From: Coriobacteriaceae bacterium
GTDB taxonomy: Bacteria; Actinomycetota; Coriobacteriia; Coriobacteriales; UMGS124
Length of the DNA stretch: 64,000 nucleotides
Assembly: GCA_019421015.1 (NCBI GenBank)
Contig: JAHZGC010000024.1
Location: 862-64,861, forward strand
Direction of reading: 5' to 3'
Position 1 is the first letter of the stretch. Each line of letters starts with the position of its first letter. This document shows positions 35,045 through 45,090 of the stretch, piece by piece. The position numbers were made by a program, and so were the translations under genes. Below the pieces are notes generated by a model. It was not told the DNA's origin. It ran no database searches and saw only the letters and a program-made list of their open reading frames with translations.

Positions 35045-36853
35045 TTACGCCTGCGAGGCGTACAGCCCGGCGATATAGCCGGCAGTCTGGACCTTGCCCA
35101 GGCCGTGGGTGTGCATGCCGCCGGCGCACTCGCCGCAGGCGAACAGGCCCTCGATGGGCTCGCCTGCCACCGTGAGCACCTGACGGTGGCCATCGGTGCG
35201 CAGGCCGGTCAGGGTGTCGTGGGGCACCGGGGTCGACCAGGCGGCGTAGAAGGGGCCGGTCTCGATCTTCTTGGTCATGAGGTCGGGCGACTTGCCGAAG
35301 TCCTCGTCCACGCCGCCGTCGACCATCGAGTTGTAACGCTCTACGGTCTCCGCGAGCACCGCCGGGTCCATGGGGTAGTCCTCGTAGTACTTGTTCACGA
35401 TGTTCTGGGCCAGCTCCTCGATGGTGTCTCCGCTGAAGAAGTAGCCGTTCTCGGTGTCGACGTCGGGATACTCGCAGTTAAAGCCCTCGCTTGCCGCGTA
35501 GTCGGCGTCAAAGATGGTCCACAGGGGCCCGCCCACGCGGCGCGCCTCGGGGGTGCCCTCGTCGAGGATCACGCTGCCGAAGCAGGCGGCGAAGTAGTCC
35601 CACATGCCGTCGCCGTCGGAGTAGAAGCCGTTCTGGGCGTCCTCGTCGTAGAAGCGCTTGCCGAGCATGTTCACCTGGATGGCACCGTCGAAGTTGTAGA
35701 GGTAGAGGCCCTTGGCGCCGGCGAACTCAAAGACCGGCGACTCGGTGTCCCAGCGCAGGTTCTTGTAGCCGTAACGGCACCCGGCGCCGATGGCCGCGGC
35801 AAAGGGCCACTTGCACTGCACGGTCCAGTTGGCCGTGGAGCCCAGGCCGGCGCCGATGGCCATGCCCGCGATCTCGCCCGAGGCGTCGGCGTAGCTAAAG
35901 GGCTCGCCGGCCACACCGTCGTACTCCTGGGTCCAGCGGGGGTCGAACATGGTGCGGTACTCCACGTTGCTCATGCCGCCGCCGGTGGCCAGGATCACGG
36001 CCTTGTTGGCCTTGAAGGTGAGCTCGGAGGTTTCGTCGACGATGGCCTCGTCGCCGTGGAGGCCCACCAGCTGGGTGCCGTCCTTGAGGAAGCGCGGGGT
36101 GTAGCTGGCCCGCACGCCCACCACGCGGCCGTTCTCGTCCTGGATCAGGGCGTCCATGTGGCGGTTGTACATGAAGTCCACGCCCTCTTTAAGGGCGGTC
36201 TCCTCAAAGGGGCGGGTGACGCCGATGCCGTTGAGCTCGCCCTCGTTCACCTTGCCGTTGGTGAGGTTCACGTAACCGGTGGGGTCGGCCGGGGCCTTGC
36301 GCGCCACGGTCTCGCAGTCGGTGCCGCCGTCTTCCATGTAGGTCTTGTACATGCTCGGTTCCTGGTCGACCATCTTCATGCCCTTGGAGAGCATCCACTC
36401 GAAGCACTCGACGCTGCGGTTGGCGAACTCGCGCACGATCTCGCGGTCATTGAAGCGCGAGTCGAGGGGCACGGGGTTGGTGTGGTCGAGGTAGACCTGC
36501 TCGGCGCTGTCCTCGATGCCGTACTCCTGCTGGATCGAGGTGCCGCCGCCCGAGTGGGTGAGGCCGTGGGAGAGCGCCGCGTGGCCGCCCATCTCGAAGT
36601 TGGCGTCGATGCAGATGACCTTGCAGCCTTCGTCGTTGGCCTTGAGGGCGGCGAGCAGGCCCGCCCCGCCGGCGCCGCAGACCACGATGTCGTACTCGTA
36701 GTCCCAGCTCTCGGGCACGGCGGTCTCGGCCGCCTTGGCGGTCATGGTCTTGAGCAGGCCGGTCTGCGAGGCCGCCGTTGCCGCGGCGCCGAGGCCGAGG
36801 GCGCTCATACCGGTGACGAATCCCCTGCGCGAAACATCGCTGCGTGCTGCCAT
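35045..36853 (-). CDS. Tat-exported FAD-dependent flavoprotein reductase, paralog 3
   Basis: The Tat signal is MAARSDVSRRGFVTGMSALGLGAAATAA. The FAD fold is YDIVVCGAGGAGLLAALKANDEGCKVICID, with AVILATGGG also present. SD AAGGAGG precedes the start. Confidence 0.9.
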   Translation of the reverse strand: MAARSDVSRRGFVTGMSALGLGAAATAASQTGLLKTMTAKAAETAVPESWDYEYDIVVCGAGGAGLLAALKANDEGCKVICIDANFEMGGHAALSHGLTHSGGGTSIQQEYGIEDSAEQVYLDHTNPVPLDSRFNDREIVREFANRSVECFEWMLSKGMKMVDQEPSMYKTYMEDGGTDCETVARKAPADPTGYVNLTNGKVNEGELNGIGVTRPFEETALKEGVDFMYNRHMDALIQDENGRVVGVRASYTPRFLKDGTQLVGLHGDEAIVDETSELTFKANKAVILATGGGMSNVEYRTMFDPRWTQEYDGVAGEPFSYADASGEIAGMAIGAGLGSTANWTVQCKWPFAAAIGAGCRYGYKNLRWDTESPVFEFAGAKGLYLYNFDGAIQVNMLGKRFYDEDAQNGFYSDGDGMWDYFAACFGSVILDEGTPEARRVGGPLWTIFDADYAASEGFNCEYPDVDTENGYFFSGDTIEELAQNIVNKYYEDYPMDPAVLAETVERYNSMVDGGVDEDFGKSPDLMTKKIETGPFYAAWSTPVPHDTLTGLRTDGHRQVLTVAGEPIEGLFACGECAGGMHTHGLGKVQTAGYIAGLYASQA

Positions 36854-37230
36854 GGTGCATCCTCCTTAGCTGCGGGCCGGCCGCCCCTTGCGGCCTGAGA
36901 CCCTCGTTGTACGCGTGCCGCTCATCTCGAACGAGGTGGCGTGCGGAACGACTCGCATCATGGCCCTGCAGCGCCAAATGGGGCACCCCCTTCTGGTTGG
37001 TGTGATTAAAGTCACAGGTAGATATCGGTATCTGTCGATTTTGTTTCGACTTCTATAACAATGGCCCCCTTGTGGTTGGTGGGGGGCGTTGAGATTCCTA
37101 AACTGTGCGCTCGGGGAGACACCACCTCGGAGGGGGTGTTCCCCGGGGCCTGCCGGTGGTAGTTTTACGCATCCTCATTTGGCCGGCCCCGCGGTGCAAG
37201 GCGTCAAGACGGCGGTGGAGGTAGGGCGCG

Positions 37231-38697
37231 ATGGCCGAAGAGCCCCGGGGGAGCAAGACGGGAGACGAGTCGCAGCCGTGGGTTTCGAGCGCGGTGCTGT
37301 GCCTGGCGCTCTCGCTGTCGTTCACCTCGACATGGCTTCTCAACGCCGTGGGCTACCCGGCTGTCGACGGGTTCTGCCCTCAGGGGCGCCTCGTCGCCCC
37401 GCTGGTGGGGGCCCTTGCGGCGGCGTTGTTCTCACTGCTCTCCCAGAATCACCCCCGCCTGTTCACCGCGCCTTTTACGCTGTGGGCAACCCTGGCCGGC
37501 ATCGTGGTGTCAACGGCGGGCATCTATCTTGCGGTGCCGGTGGAGAACGGCCTGCTTGCCGGCGCCTCCCTTTGCGTGCGTTGGGTGGCCTGTGTGCTGC
37601 GCGACATCGTGCTCGGTTTTGCGATAGCGGGCCTGGGCGCACGCCGCTGCGCGCTCGTTCTGGTCTTTGCCTATCTGCTGCGCTACGTGTGGGCGGCGCT
37701 TTTGGGCTGTCTGCCCGACGAGGCCCAGGTGGCGGCCTTCTTCTGCTGTGCACCGGTGGGGTTGCTTTTGCTCTGGCGGCAGGCCCGCCCCCTGTTGGCG
37801 CGGGTGGAGGCCTTGGGTGCGCCGGCGAGCCTGCGGGTCACGAACCCCCTGTCGTTCTTGCCCTCCACGGGGCGTATGTTCGGGCTGATCCTGCTGTTCC
37901 ATGCGGCTTTGGGATTCTCGACCACCTTTGGGTCCGGGTCCTATGTGCGCGGGTCGATCGCTGCGGTCGTTGGGCTGCTCGCCCTGTTCGGCGTGTTGGC
38001 CGCATTGGTGGGCGCGGGGGTCGTGAGGTCTGCCGACGCCCTGTATGCGGGGTCGTACCTGCTGGCTACGGCGGGCTTTTTGCTGGTGCCGGGGCTGGCG
38101 GGCAGGGGCGTCTTTGCCCACTTCTGGTGCAACGCCCTGTGCGAGGCGGGGTCGTCGCTGTTCTCGCTGGCCTTGTGGTACCTGGTGGCGCGGGTGGGGG
38201 CCCGCAGCCCGGCCGCGATGCTTCCCTTTGTATGCATGGTGCGTTCGGCGCGCGGGTTTGGTATAGCGCTCGGCACCTGGGGCGGGGTGTTCGCCAACGT
38301 GCTCGCCTTTGACCGCGTGGAGTCGGTGTCGGTGTTTGTGGCCGGCGTGGTGTTCGTCTTCTGCGCCTACAACTTTTTGTTCGCCCGGCGTTTCAGCTTC
38401 GACGCCGCCGCCGAGGGGCTGGCCCCCCTCCACGAGGCCCCTGCGGTGACCGAGCCGAGCGAGGAACATGCCCCGGCGATCGAGCGCTCATGCGAGGCTG
38501 TGGCCGCGCGCTGCCAGCTGACCGCCCGCGAACTCGACGTGCTGCTCCTGCTGGCCCGCGGCCGCAACGCCGCCTATATCCAGGAGGAGCTGGGCCTGAC
38601 CCGCAGCACCGCCAAGTCCTACGTGGCCGACGTCTACCGCAAGCTCGATGTGCATTCGCATCAGGAGCTTATCGACGTGGTCGAGGGGCGGGAGTAG
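37231..38697 (+). CDS. Polytopic-membrane LuxR-type transcriptional regulator, paralog 3
   Basis: The protein is 488 aa, with many TM segments followed by LTARELDVLLLLARGRNAAYIQEELGLTRSTAKSYVADVYRKLDV. SD GGTGGAGG precedes the start. Confidence 0.88.
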   Translation: MAEEPRGSKTGDESQPWVSSAVLCLALSLSFTSTWLLNAVGYPAVDGFCPQGRLVAPLVGALAAALFSLLSQNHPRLFTAPFTLWATLAGIVVSTAGIYLAVPVENGLLAGASLCVRWVACVLRDIVLGFAIAGLGARRCALVLVFAYLLRYVWAALLGCLPDEAQVAAFFCCAPVGLLLLWRQARPLLARVEALGAPASLRVTNPLSFLPSTGRMFGLILLFHAALGFSTTFGSGSYVRGSIAAVVGLLALFGVLAALVGAGVVRSADALYAGSYLLATAGFLLVPGLAGRGVFAHFWCNALCEAGSSLFSLALWYLVARVGARSPAAMLPFVCMVRSARGFGIALGTWGGVFANVLAFDRVESVSVFVAGVVFVFCAYNFLFARRFSFDAAAEGLAPLHEAPAVTEPSEEHAPAIERSCEAVAARCQLTARELDVLLLLARGRNAAYIQEELGLTRSTAKSYVADVYRKLDVHSHQELIDVVEGRE

Positions 38698-38793
38698 GAG
38701 AGGGCGATCCTGTAGACTTATCCCAAGCGACATATCCCGGTTGCGTTTCAAACGGCGCATAGCCGCTCGCCCCGAACGTCGAAAGGACGCCCC

Positions 38794-39486
38794 ATGGACA
38801 CCGTGCTTGCCGAGCTGCGCGTGCTGCAGGACCCCGCCTACCGTGCCTTCCATAGCAGGCTGGTCCCCACCGTGGACCCCGAGCGCATCATCGGCGTGCG
38901 TACCCCGGCGCTGCGGGCCTATGCCAAACGGCTGGCCCGCGAGCGGCCCGACGAGGCCCGGGCGTTCATGGCTGAGGCACCGCACACCTACTACGAGGAG
39001 AACAACCTGCATGGCGAGCTGATCGACCTGCTCTATAGGCGCGACCTCGAGACGACGCTGCTCGAGCTCGACGGGTTTCTCCCCCAGGTCGACAACTGGG
39101 CGACCTGCGACCTGCTCGCCCCCAAGGTGCTGGCGCGCCACCCGCAGGCCACGCTTGCCAAGGTGCGCGACGTCTGGCTGGCCAGCGACCACCTGTATAC
39201 CGTGCGGTTTGGGATCAACGAGCTCATGCGGGACTTCTTGGGCGAGCGGTTCGAGGCGGACCACCTGCGCTGGGTGGCCGGGCTGCCCGCGGGGGAGTAC
39301 TACCTCGACATGGGGCGCGCCTGGTACTTCAGCATGGCGCTCGTCAAACAGTACGAGGCGACGGTCGGGATGTTCGAGACGCCGGTGCTCGACGCGTGGA
39401 CCCACAACAAGGCCCTGCAGAAGGCACGCGAGAGCCGGCGGGTGCCGCAGGAGGTCAAGGACTACCTGCAGGGGCTTAAGGTGTAG
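38794..39486 (+). CDS. DNA alkylation repair (AlkD/HEAT-like repeat) family protein
   Basis: The protein is 230 aa, with RAFHSRLVPTVDPERIIGVRTPALRAYAKRLA and DNWATCDLLAPKVL. These resemble the DNA-alkylation-repair family as I recall it; this is a recalled resemblance, not a verified match. Confidence 0.55.
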   Translation: MDTVLAELRVLQDPAYRAFHSRLVPTVDPERIIGVRTPALRAYAKRLARERPDEARAFMAEAPHTYYEENNLHGELIDLLYRRDLETTLLELDGFLPQVDNWATCDLLAPKVLARHPQATLAKVRDVWLASDHLYTVRFGINELMRDFLGERFEADHLRWVAGLPAGEYYLDMGRAWYFSMALVKQYEATVGMFETPVLDAWTHNKALQKARESRRVPQEVKDYLQGLKV

Positions 39487-39523
39487 GGGCAGCGCAAAAA
39501 AGGGGAGTGCCTTACCTGCGACC

Positions 39524-40402
39524 CTACGCCTGCGCCGGGTGCCGCCGCACCGCCCCGATTCCCAGGGCACCCGCCCCCGTGTGGCAGCCGATGCTCAGGG
39601 TGAGCGGCGTATAGAGGATCTCCTCCCCGGGGAACTCCGCCTGAAGGCGGTCGAGCCATCCCTGGCGTTCCTCCTCGGACATCCAGGTTCCGGCCATGGC
39701 GAGCATGAGCTGGCCGTTTTGACGGAAGTCCCGCAGGCGTCCCGCCAGGTCGGCCTTGAGGGCCTTGACCATCTGGGCGAAGGCCGCCCGTTTGCCACGG
39801 GCCTTGGTGTGGGTGTCGAGCTTGCCGCCTTGGATCGTGAGGACCGGCTTGATGTTGAGCAGCGAGCCGACGGCTGCGGCCGCCGGGGTCACGCGACCGC
39901 TTTTACGCAGGTAGGTAAGGGTGTCGACGGTTATGTAGATGGTGGCGTCGTAAGCCTCGCGCAAAAGCACGGCCTTGATGGCCCGGGCGCTGCAGCCGGA
40001 GTCGGCCATGGCCTTGGCATCGAGGGCGGCGGTGAGCTGGAGTGCCGAGATGCGGTGGTTGTCGACCACCTCGACCTGCCCGCCGTAGTCTTTTGCGAGC
40101 GTCTCCGCCGCCGCGCACGACCCGCTCAAGCCGCTCGACATGGGAATGTAGACGATCTCGTCGTTGTTCTCGAGCAGCTCGCCCCACATCTCGATGAGCG
40201 AGGCGGGGGAGGGCTGCGACGACGTGATGCGGTGGCCTTCGGCCTGCAGCCGGTAGAACTCCTCGGGGAAGATGTCGACGTTCTCGTAGAAGGTGCGCCC
40301 GTCCACAATGATCGGCATGGGGAGAACGGCGATGCCGAGCTCTGCCCCCTGTTGAGGGGTGATGCCGCTGTTGCTGTCGGTCATGATCGCTACGCGTGCC
40401 AA
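39524..40402 (-). CDS. DegV family fatty-acid-binding protein
   Basis: The N-terminus is ARVAIMTDSNSGITPQQGAELGIAVLPMPIIVDG. The protein is 292 aa. The start is TTG 40402, preceded by SD GAGGAG. Confidence 0.85.
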   Translation of the reverse strand: MARVAIMTDSNSGITPQQGAELGIAVLPMPIIVDGRTFYENVDIFPEEFYRLQAEGHRITSSQPSPASLIEMWGELLENNDEIVYIPMSSGLSGSCAAAETLAKDYGGQVEVVDNHRISALQLTAALDAKAMADSGCSARAIKAVLLREAYDATIYITVDTLTYLRKSGRVTPAAAAVGSLLNIKPVLTIQGGKLDTHTKARGKRAAFAQMVKALKADLAGRLRDFRQNGQLMLAMAGTWMSEEERQGWLDRLQAEFPGEEILYTPLTLSIGCHTGAGALGIGAVRRHPAQA

Positions 40403-40442
40403 GCCATGCTCCTCGCTCCACGGTTCTAGATGCGCTGGGGTT

Positions 40443-40556
40443 TATAGCAGCCCACGAAATTGCTGGACAAGGCGCGCGAGGGCGCGGTGTGCTTAAGGCA
40501 CATAGGCCCGAGCGCAACGCAGCACCAGCGATTCCGTGGACCGCTAGACTGCTATA
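40443..40556. mobile_element. GC-rich palindromic MITE, copy 2 (TA...TA flanks)
   Basis: The sequence is TA-TAGCAGCCCACGAAATTGCTGGACAAGGCGCGCGAGGGCGCGGTGTGC...CCAGCGATTCCGTGGACCGCTAGACTGCTA-TA. It is intergenic, between DegV and the GIY-YIG/GNAT gene. Confidence 0.85.
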
Positions 40557-40801
40557 AGGATAAAGGGCCGGCTGTGGAGGAACCGTCGGGGGCGCAACGT
40601 TTTCACAGGAGTGGCGTGAGCGTGCTCGGGGGACGGACTCGGTGAGGGAGACACGCCCAAAGGCAGGGGCGATATGCCCAAAAGCGGCAGGTCGGCTATA
40701 ATGCCGTTATGTTTCGACCGACCGGCCGTGGGCGTTGCCAAGACGGCTCGCGTCGGCCCAATCGACCCGACCGACCGTGCGGCCCCTTGTTTGGACTTTG
40801 G

Positions 40802-41698
40802 ATGCCCCAGGAAGACTCAGCAGTCAAACACTATATGTACGTGCTCGAATGTGCCGACGGGACCTGGTACACGGGCTACGCCGTCGACGTGGAGAGGCGC
40901 ATCGCCGCCCACAACGCCGGTCGCGGCGCCAAGTACACGCGGGCCCGTCGGCCGGTGCGTCTTGTGGCCAAGGCGGCCTTCGACACCAAGCACGAGGCCA
41001 TGAGCGCCGAGTACCACTTCAAACGACTCGGGCGCGCCCAAAAGGAGCTCCTGGTTGCGCAGATCGGTTCCGCAGTGCCCCTCGAGGTGCTGCTTGTTCA
41101 GGGCGGACTGGTCGCAGCCGGGGTGCCATCGGGCCTGTGCCCCTCCGACAGACGCCCCCATTCCCAGAAAGGACCTTCTCCCATGAGCTCTTCTCCCCTG
41201 TCCGCCGATTCCGCCTTGACCGTTCGCCATGCGACTCCGCTCGATGTGGACTCCCTCGCGGCGCTTGAAGCCCAGTGCTTCCCGCCGGCTGAGGCGGCCA
41301 CCCGGCGGCAGTTCGTCGAGCGTGTCGCCGCTTTTCCCGAGCACTTTTGGCTTCTTGAGCGCGACGGGGAGCTCGTGGCCGCCATCAACGGCATGGTGAC
41401 CGACAGCCCCACCATCGCCGACGAGATGTTCGCCGACGCCTCCCTGCACAACGAGGCCGGTGCCTGGCAGGCGATCTTTGGTGTGGAGACCGCCCCGGCG
41501 CACCAGCGGCACGGCTACGCTGCCCTGCTCATGGAGCGCGTCGTCGACGACGCCCGCGCCCAGGGGCGGCGCGGCTGCACGCTTACCTGCAAAGAGGGGC
41601 TTATCGGCTACTACGAGCGCTTTGGCTACGTGAACTGCGGCGTTTCGGCCTCGGAACACGGGGGTGCCGTGTGGTACGACATGCGGGTGGAGTTCTAG
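40802..41698 (+). CDS. GIY-YIG nuclease-superfamily domain (UPF0213-like) fused in frame to a GNAT N-acetyltransferase domain
   Basis: The N-terminal part is [42 protein letters not shown] (GIY-YIG). The C-terminal part is [27 protein letters not shown]...YYERFGY (GNAT). No stop separates them. Internal ATG 41183 has SD GAAAGGA and could also start a separate GNAT product. Confidence 0.7.
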   Translation: MPQEDSAVKHYMYVLECADGTWYTGYAVDVERRIAAHNAGRGAKYTRARRPVRLVAKAAFDTKHEAMSAEYHFKRLGRAQKELLVAQIGSAVPLEVLLVQGGLVAAGVPSGLCPSDRRPHSQKGPSPMSSSPLSADSALTVRHATPLDVDSLAALEAQCFPPAEAATRRQFVERVAAFPEHFWLLERDGELVAAINGMVTDSPTIADEMFADASLHNEAGAWQAIFGVETAPAHQRHGYAALLMERVVDDARAQGRRGCTLTCKEGLIGYYERFGYVNCGVSASEHGGAVWYDMRVEF

Positions 41699-41795
41699 GG
41701 CGCCGGTGCTCGTGGTCGGCCTTGCGCCTCTTGCGATGCCGCCGAGCGGGAACGGGCGTCCTGCGCATGTCCTGCGCCCTGGCCAAGACCGGAGG

Positions 41796-42032
41796 TTTGC
41801 GACTCCAGCTGGGGTTGAGGGTGGCAGAAAACCAGACTTTGCGATTTTCAAGGGGGTCAAGGTGGATGAAATCGGAACTATGCGACTCATTTTTTGGGTA
41901 GTACACAGAGCATGGTTGGTATCACTGCAGGTAGACGCTTTGTAAACTCCTTCGCGTTAATAGCGTGACATCAAAACCGAGTCGCAAAGTTCTGATTCCT
42001 GCCAGCACTACCCCCCGAAGAATCGCAAAGTC
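41796..42032. repeat. Composite inverted repeat: two ~70-nt arms (about 41833-41899 and 41968-42035) carrying five copies of the motif TTTGCGAYT
   Basis: Forward motif copies lie at 41796-41806, 41836-41848 and 41877-41890. Inverted copies lie at 41979-41991 and 42019-42032. The arms align at roughly 70% identity when one is reverse-complemented. The region sits between convergent genes. Confidence 0.75.
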
Positions 42033-42104
42033 CCAGTTTTCGCCAAACTCCGACCTTGGCCGCGGCTGTCGGCTCATCCCACGAATCCTGGACGCCATCC
42101 TTTG

Positions 42105-43619
42105 CTATTTGAGCCCCACCGTGTCGCCGCCGGCATCGATCGCGTCGCCAAAGAACTCGGCGATGGGCTGGGGACCAACGTTCTCGACATGGTCCACGTG
42201 CCAGCATTCGGTGGCAGGCATGCCAGGGATGGAGTCGGCCACAAACACCGGGTCGAGCCCCTCCCGCTTCTGGCGGCTGTAGTCGTCGAGCGCCTTGAAC
42301 GCCCATTTGCCCAGGATCAGGATCGCGACGAGGCTCACGATGGCCATGAGGCCCATGAAGATGTCGGCCAGGTTCCAGGCCAAATCAAAGCTGTTCACGG
42401 CGCCGTAGTAGATAAAGACCAGGCAGACCACGCGGAACACGAAGAGCGCCGCCCGGTTCTTGGTGATAAAGCGGAAGTTGCTCTCGGCGTAGAAGTAGTT
42501 GCCGATGAGGCTCGAGAAGGCAAAGGCAAAGATGGCGATGGTCATGAAGTGGATGCCGGCCACGCCGATGGAGTTGTTGAGCGCCATCTGCACGAGGGGG
42601 ATGCCGTTCAGCGTGGTGGCGAGCTCGGGGTCCTGCACGTAGAACACCATGACCATGATGGCGGAGCAGGAGCAGATGAGCAGCGTGTCGATGTAGACCG
42701 AGAGGCTCTGCACAAGGCCCTGCTTCACCGGGTGCGACACGCTGGCGGTGGCGGCGGCGTTGGGGGCGGAGCCCATGCCGGCCTCGTTGGAGAAGAGGCC
42801 GCGCTTGATGCCGAGCATGACCACCGAGCCGGCAAAGCCGCCGGCGATGGAGCTGAAGTCGAAGGCCGACGAGAAGATGGTCTGGAAGACGGCTGGGATC
42901 TCGTGGACGTTGGTGAGGGTGGTCCAGACGGCCAGGGCAAAGTAGGCGAGCGCCATGAGGGGCACCAGGATCGAGGTGATAAAGCTGATGCGGTTGGAGC
43001 CGCCAAAGATCACGAAGGCCGTCATGACCGCCAACACGATACCCACGGCCACGGCGGTGCCGTTGGTGGCGTAGTCGGGCACGTAGTACTCGAGCGACGA
43101 GGCGGCATTGTAGGCCTGCAGCCCGTTGAAGCCAAAGGCGAAGCACAGGATGAGCAGGATGGCGAACACGATGCCGAGCCAACGCTTGCCCAGCGCCTGC
43201 TGGATGTAGTAGGCGGGGCCGCCGCGGAACTCTCCGTCCTTGCCGCGGATCTTCCAGATCTGGGCCAGCGTGGACTCCACAAAGGCCGACGAGGCGCCGA
43301 TGATGCACATGAGCCACATCCAGAACACCGCACCGGGACCGCCGGTGGCGATGGCGGTGGCCACGCCGGCGATGTTGCCGGTGCCCACGCGCGACGCCGT
43401 GGCGACCATCATGGCCTGGAACGACGAGATCGACTTGCCGCCGGCCACGTGCTTCTTCTCGACCAGCTGGGTGAACATGTCTTTGATGTAGCGGATCTGC
43501 ACGGCCTTGGTGCGCACCGTGAAATAGAGGCCGGCGAACACCAGCAGGATCACGAGGACGTAGGTGTACAGCCAGTCGTCGACGGTGCCCGTGAAGGCGA
43601 CGAGTTGGTCCATGTTCAT
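42105..43619 (-). CDS. Alanine/glycine:cation symporter (AGCS) family amino-acid carrier
   Basis: The motif is SSFQAMMVATASRVGTGNIAGVATAIATGGPGAVFWMW. The start was moved to ATG 43619 (MNMDQLVAF...), preceded by SD AAGGGAG. Confidence 0.88.
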   Translation of the reverse strand: MNMDQLVAFTGTVDDWLYTYVLVILLVFAGLYFTVRTKAVQIRYIKDMFTQLVEKKHVAGGKSISSFQAMMVATASRVGTGNIAGVATAIATGGPGAVFWMWLMCIIGASSAFVESTLAQIWKIRGKDGEFRGGPAYYIQQALGKRWLGIVFAILLILCFAFGFNGLQAYNAASSLEYYVPDYATNGTAVAVGIVLAVMTAFVIFGGSNRISFITSILVPLMALAYFALAVWTTLTNVHEIPAVFQTIFSSAFDFSSIAGGFAGSVVMLGIKRGLFSNEAGMGSAPNAAATASVSHPVKQGLVQSLSVYIDTLLICSCSAIMVMVFYVQDPELATTLNGIPLVQMALNNSIGVAGIHFMTIAIFAFAFSSLIGNYFYAESNFRFITKNRAALFVFRVVCLVFIYYGAVNSFDLAWNLADIFMGLMAIVSLVAILILGKWAFKALDDYSRQKREGLDPVFVADSIPGMPATECWHVDHVENVGPQPIAEFFGDAIDAGGDTVGLK

Positions 43620-43704
43620 AGCGCGGGGCTCCCTTGTGCGCGGGCCGGTGGGCATGTGTAGTTCAACCCACAGATGATAGCGCATGGGAAGGGGCGGGAT
43701 CGGG

Positions 43705-44889
43705 TCAGGGGCGTCGGATGCGAGCGGAGACCGCCTCCCAGTTAAAACCTCCCTCTGCCGTGAGAAACGCGCGGCTGCCCGTTTGGCCCAAGAAGCCCTC
43801 GGCCTTGAGTTTGGCAAGGAGGTTGGCACGGCCGGGAAAGTCGGGTAAAGAGGCCGTGTCGATTCCCGCGATGGCGTAGAGGCCTCGAACAAGCCGTTCC
43901 CGGGCCTCGTCCTCTTCGCCGATTGTGGCGCTTGAGGCCATGATGCTCCTAAAGTCGCCCGAGCCTTTCAGGTAGCGGGCAAGATCCGTGGCGTTGGAGC
44001 AGGTCACGCCTCCATAGCGCGACGAGCTCCCCGCACCGAAGCCCATGGTGGCCGCAGCGGAACAGGCGAGCTCCAGGTAGCGGGCCCTGTAGCCTTCCAG
44101 CGCGAAGTGGTGCTGGGTGTAGCGCACGTACCCGAGTTCCCGCAGGCGCTCGATGCCAGCGTCATAGAGCTCGCGGCGCTTGTTCTCGTCGGGAAAGGCC
44201 TTTCGAGGCGACGAGGGCTTCTCGTCCAAGAAACGCTGGTACGCTGCCGCAACGGTGGTGCCCGGTGTAAGGCGCAGGGGTTTAAGGGTTATGTGGGTCG
44301 CCCCCAGCTTGGCCGCGGTGTCGATGGACGCGCGCAAGGAGGGGACCCCTTGGCCCTCGAGCCCATACAGGACGTTCAGATCGAAGTTGCGCCTGCGGCT
44401 TGCACAGGCCACCTCTGCGGCGTCGTGCACGGCCCCCACGGGAAACCAGCGCCCAAGCCCCTGGTGGAGAAACGCCTCGGAGGTGGCGTATTCGATCTCG
44501 AGGCGCAGGTCCCAACGACGCTGCAGGTGCTCGAAGATCCCGATGTTCAGGCCGGTGGGGACGCAGGCGAGCGACACCTCGCAGCCGTCGGGCACCGCAG
44601 CGCAGTCGGCCAAAAAGCCCATGAGCTGGTTCAGGACGGCCCCTCCCAAGTGGTTGGCGGCTCCTCCGGCAATGCGGACGGCGGCCACCTCGTAGGCGGC
44701 GAGATCGGGAGTCGCGGTGTCAATCTCGGCCATGAGGGCGCGTGCGTAGGCCTCGCGGTTGGCGGCCGACGAAGCGTCGCCGCAACCGAGCGGAAGGTCG
44801 CAGAACCCGCAGCGGGCCGGGCACAGGGGTACGGTGAGCGTGATTGCAACGGGGGGCTTGGTCAGGGAGGCCGGTGTCGGTTGATCCAT
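43705..44889 (-). CDS. Radical SAM protein, HemN/HemW (coproporphyrinogen III oxidase-like) family
   Basis: The CPARCGFC (Cx3Cx2C) motif lies near the N-terminus, and the length is about 394 aa. The start was set at ATG 44889 (MDQPTPASL...). Confidence 0.7.
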   Translation of the reverse strand: MDQPTPASLTKPPVAITLTVPLCPARCGFCDLPLGCGDASSAANREAYARALMAEIDTATPDLAAYEVAAVRIAGGAANHLGGAVLNQLMGFLADCAAVPDGCEVSLACVPTGLNIGIFEHLQRRWDLRLEIEYATSEAFLHQGLGRWFPVGAVHDAAEVACASRRRNFDLNVLYGLEGQGVPSLRASIDTAAKLGATHITLKPLRLTPGTTVAAAYQRFLDEKPSSPRKAFPDENKRRELYDAGIERLRELGYVRYTQHHFALEGYRARYLELACSAAATMGFGAGSSSRYGGVTCSNATDLARYLKGSGDFRSIMASSATIGEEDEARERLVRGLYAIAGIDTASLPDFPGRANLLAKLKAEGFLGQTGSRAFLTAEGGFNWEAVSARIRRP

Positions 44890-45090
44890 GGGAGGTCCTT
44901 CTGGGTGTGCGTGGCCGAGATAGGCCAGGGGGGCGGTGTGCGTGACGCATATTGCCCCCATGGTACCTGCTTGGTCGCGGCGCTTGGCGGCCAGTTGTCC
45001 CTCCTATCGCTCCAACTGTCGGGCGGCGTGCCGCTTGGGCTGTGGCGCGGTAAGTTTGCTACTATGGGTTTCTTGCAGGGAGGGATGCGT

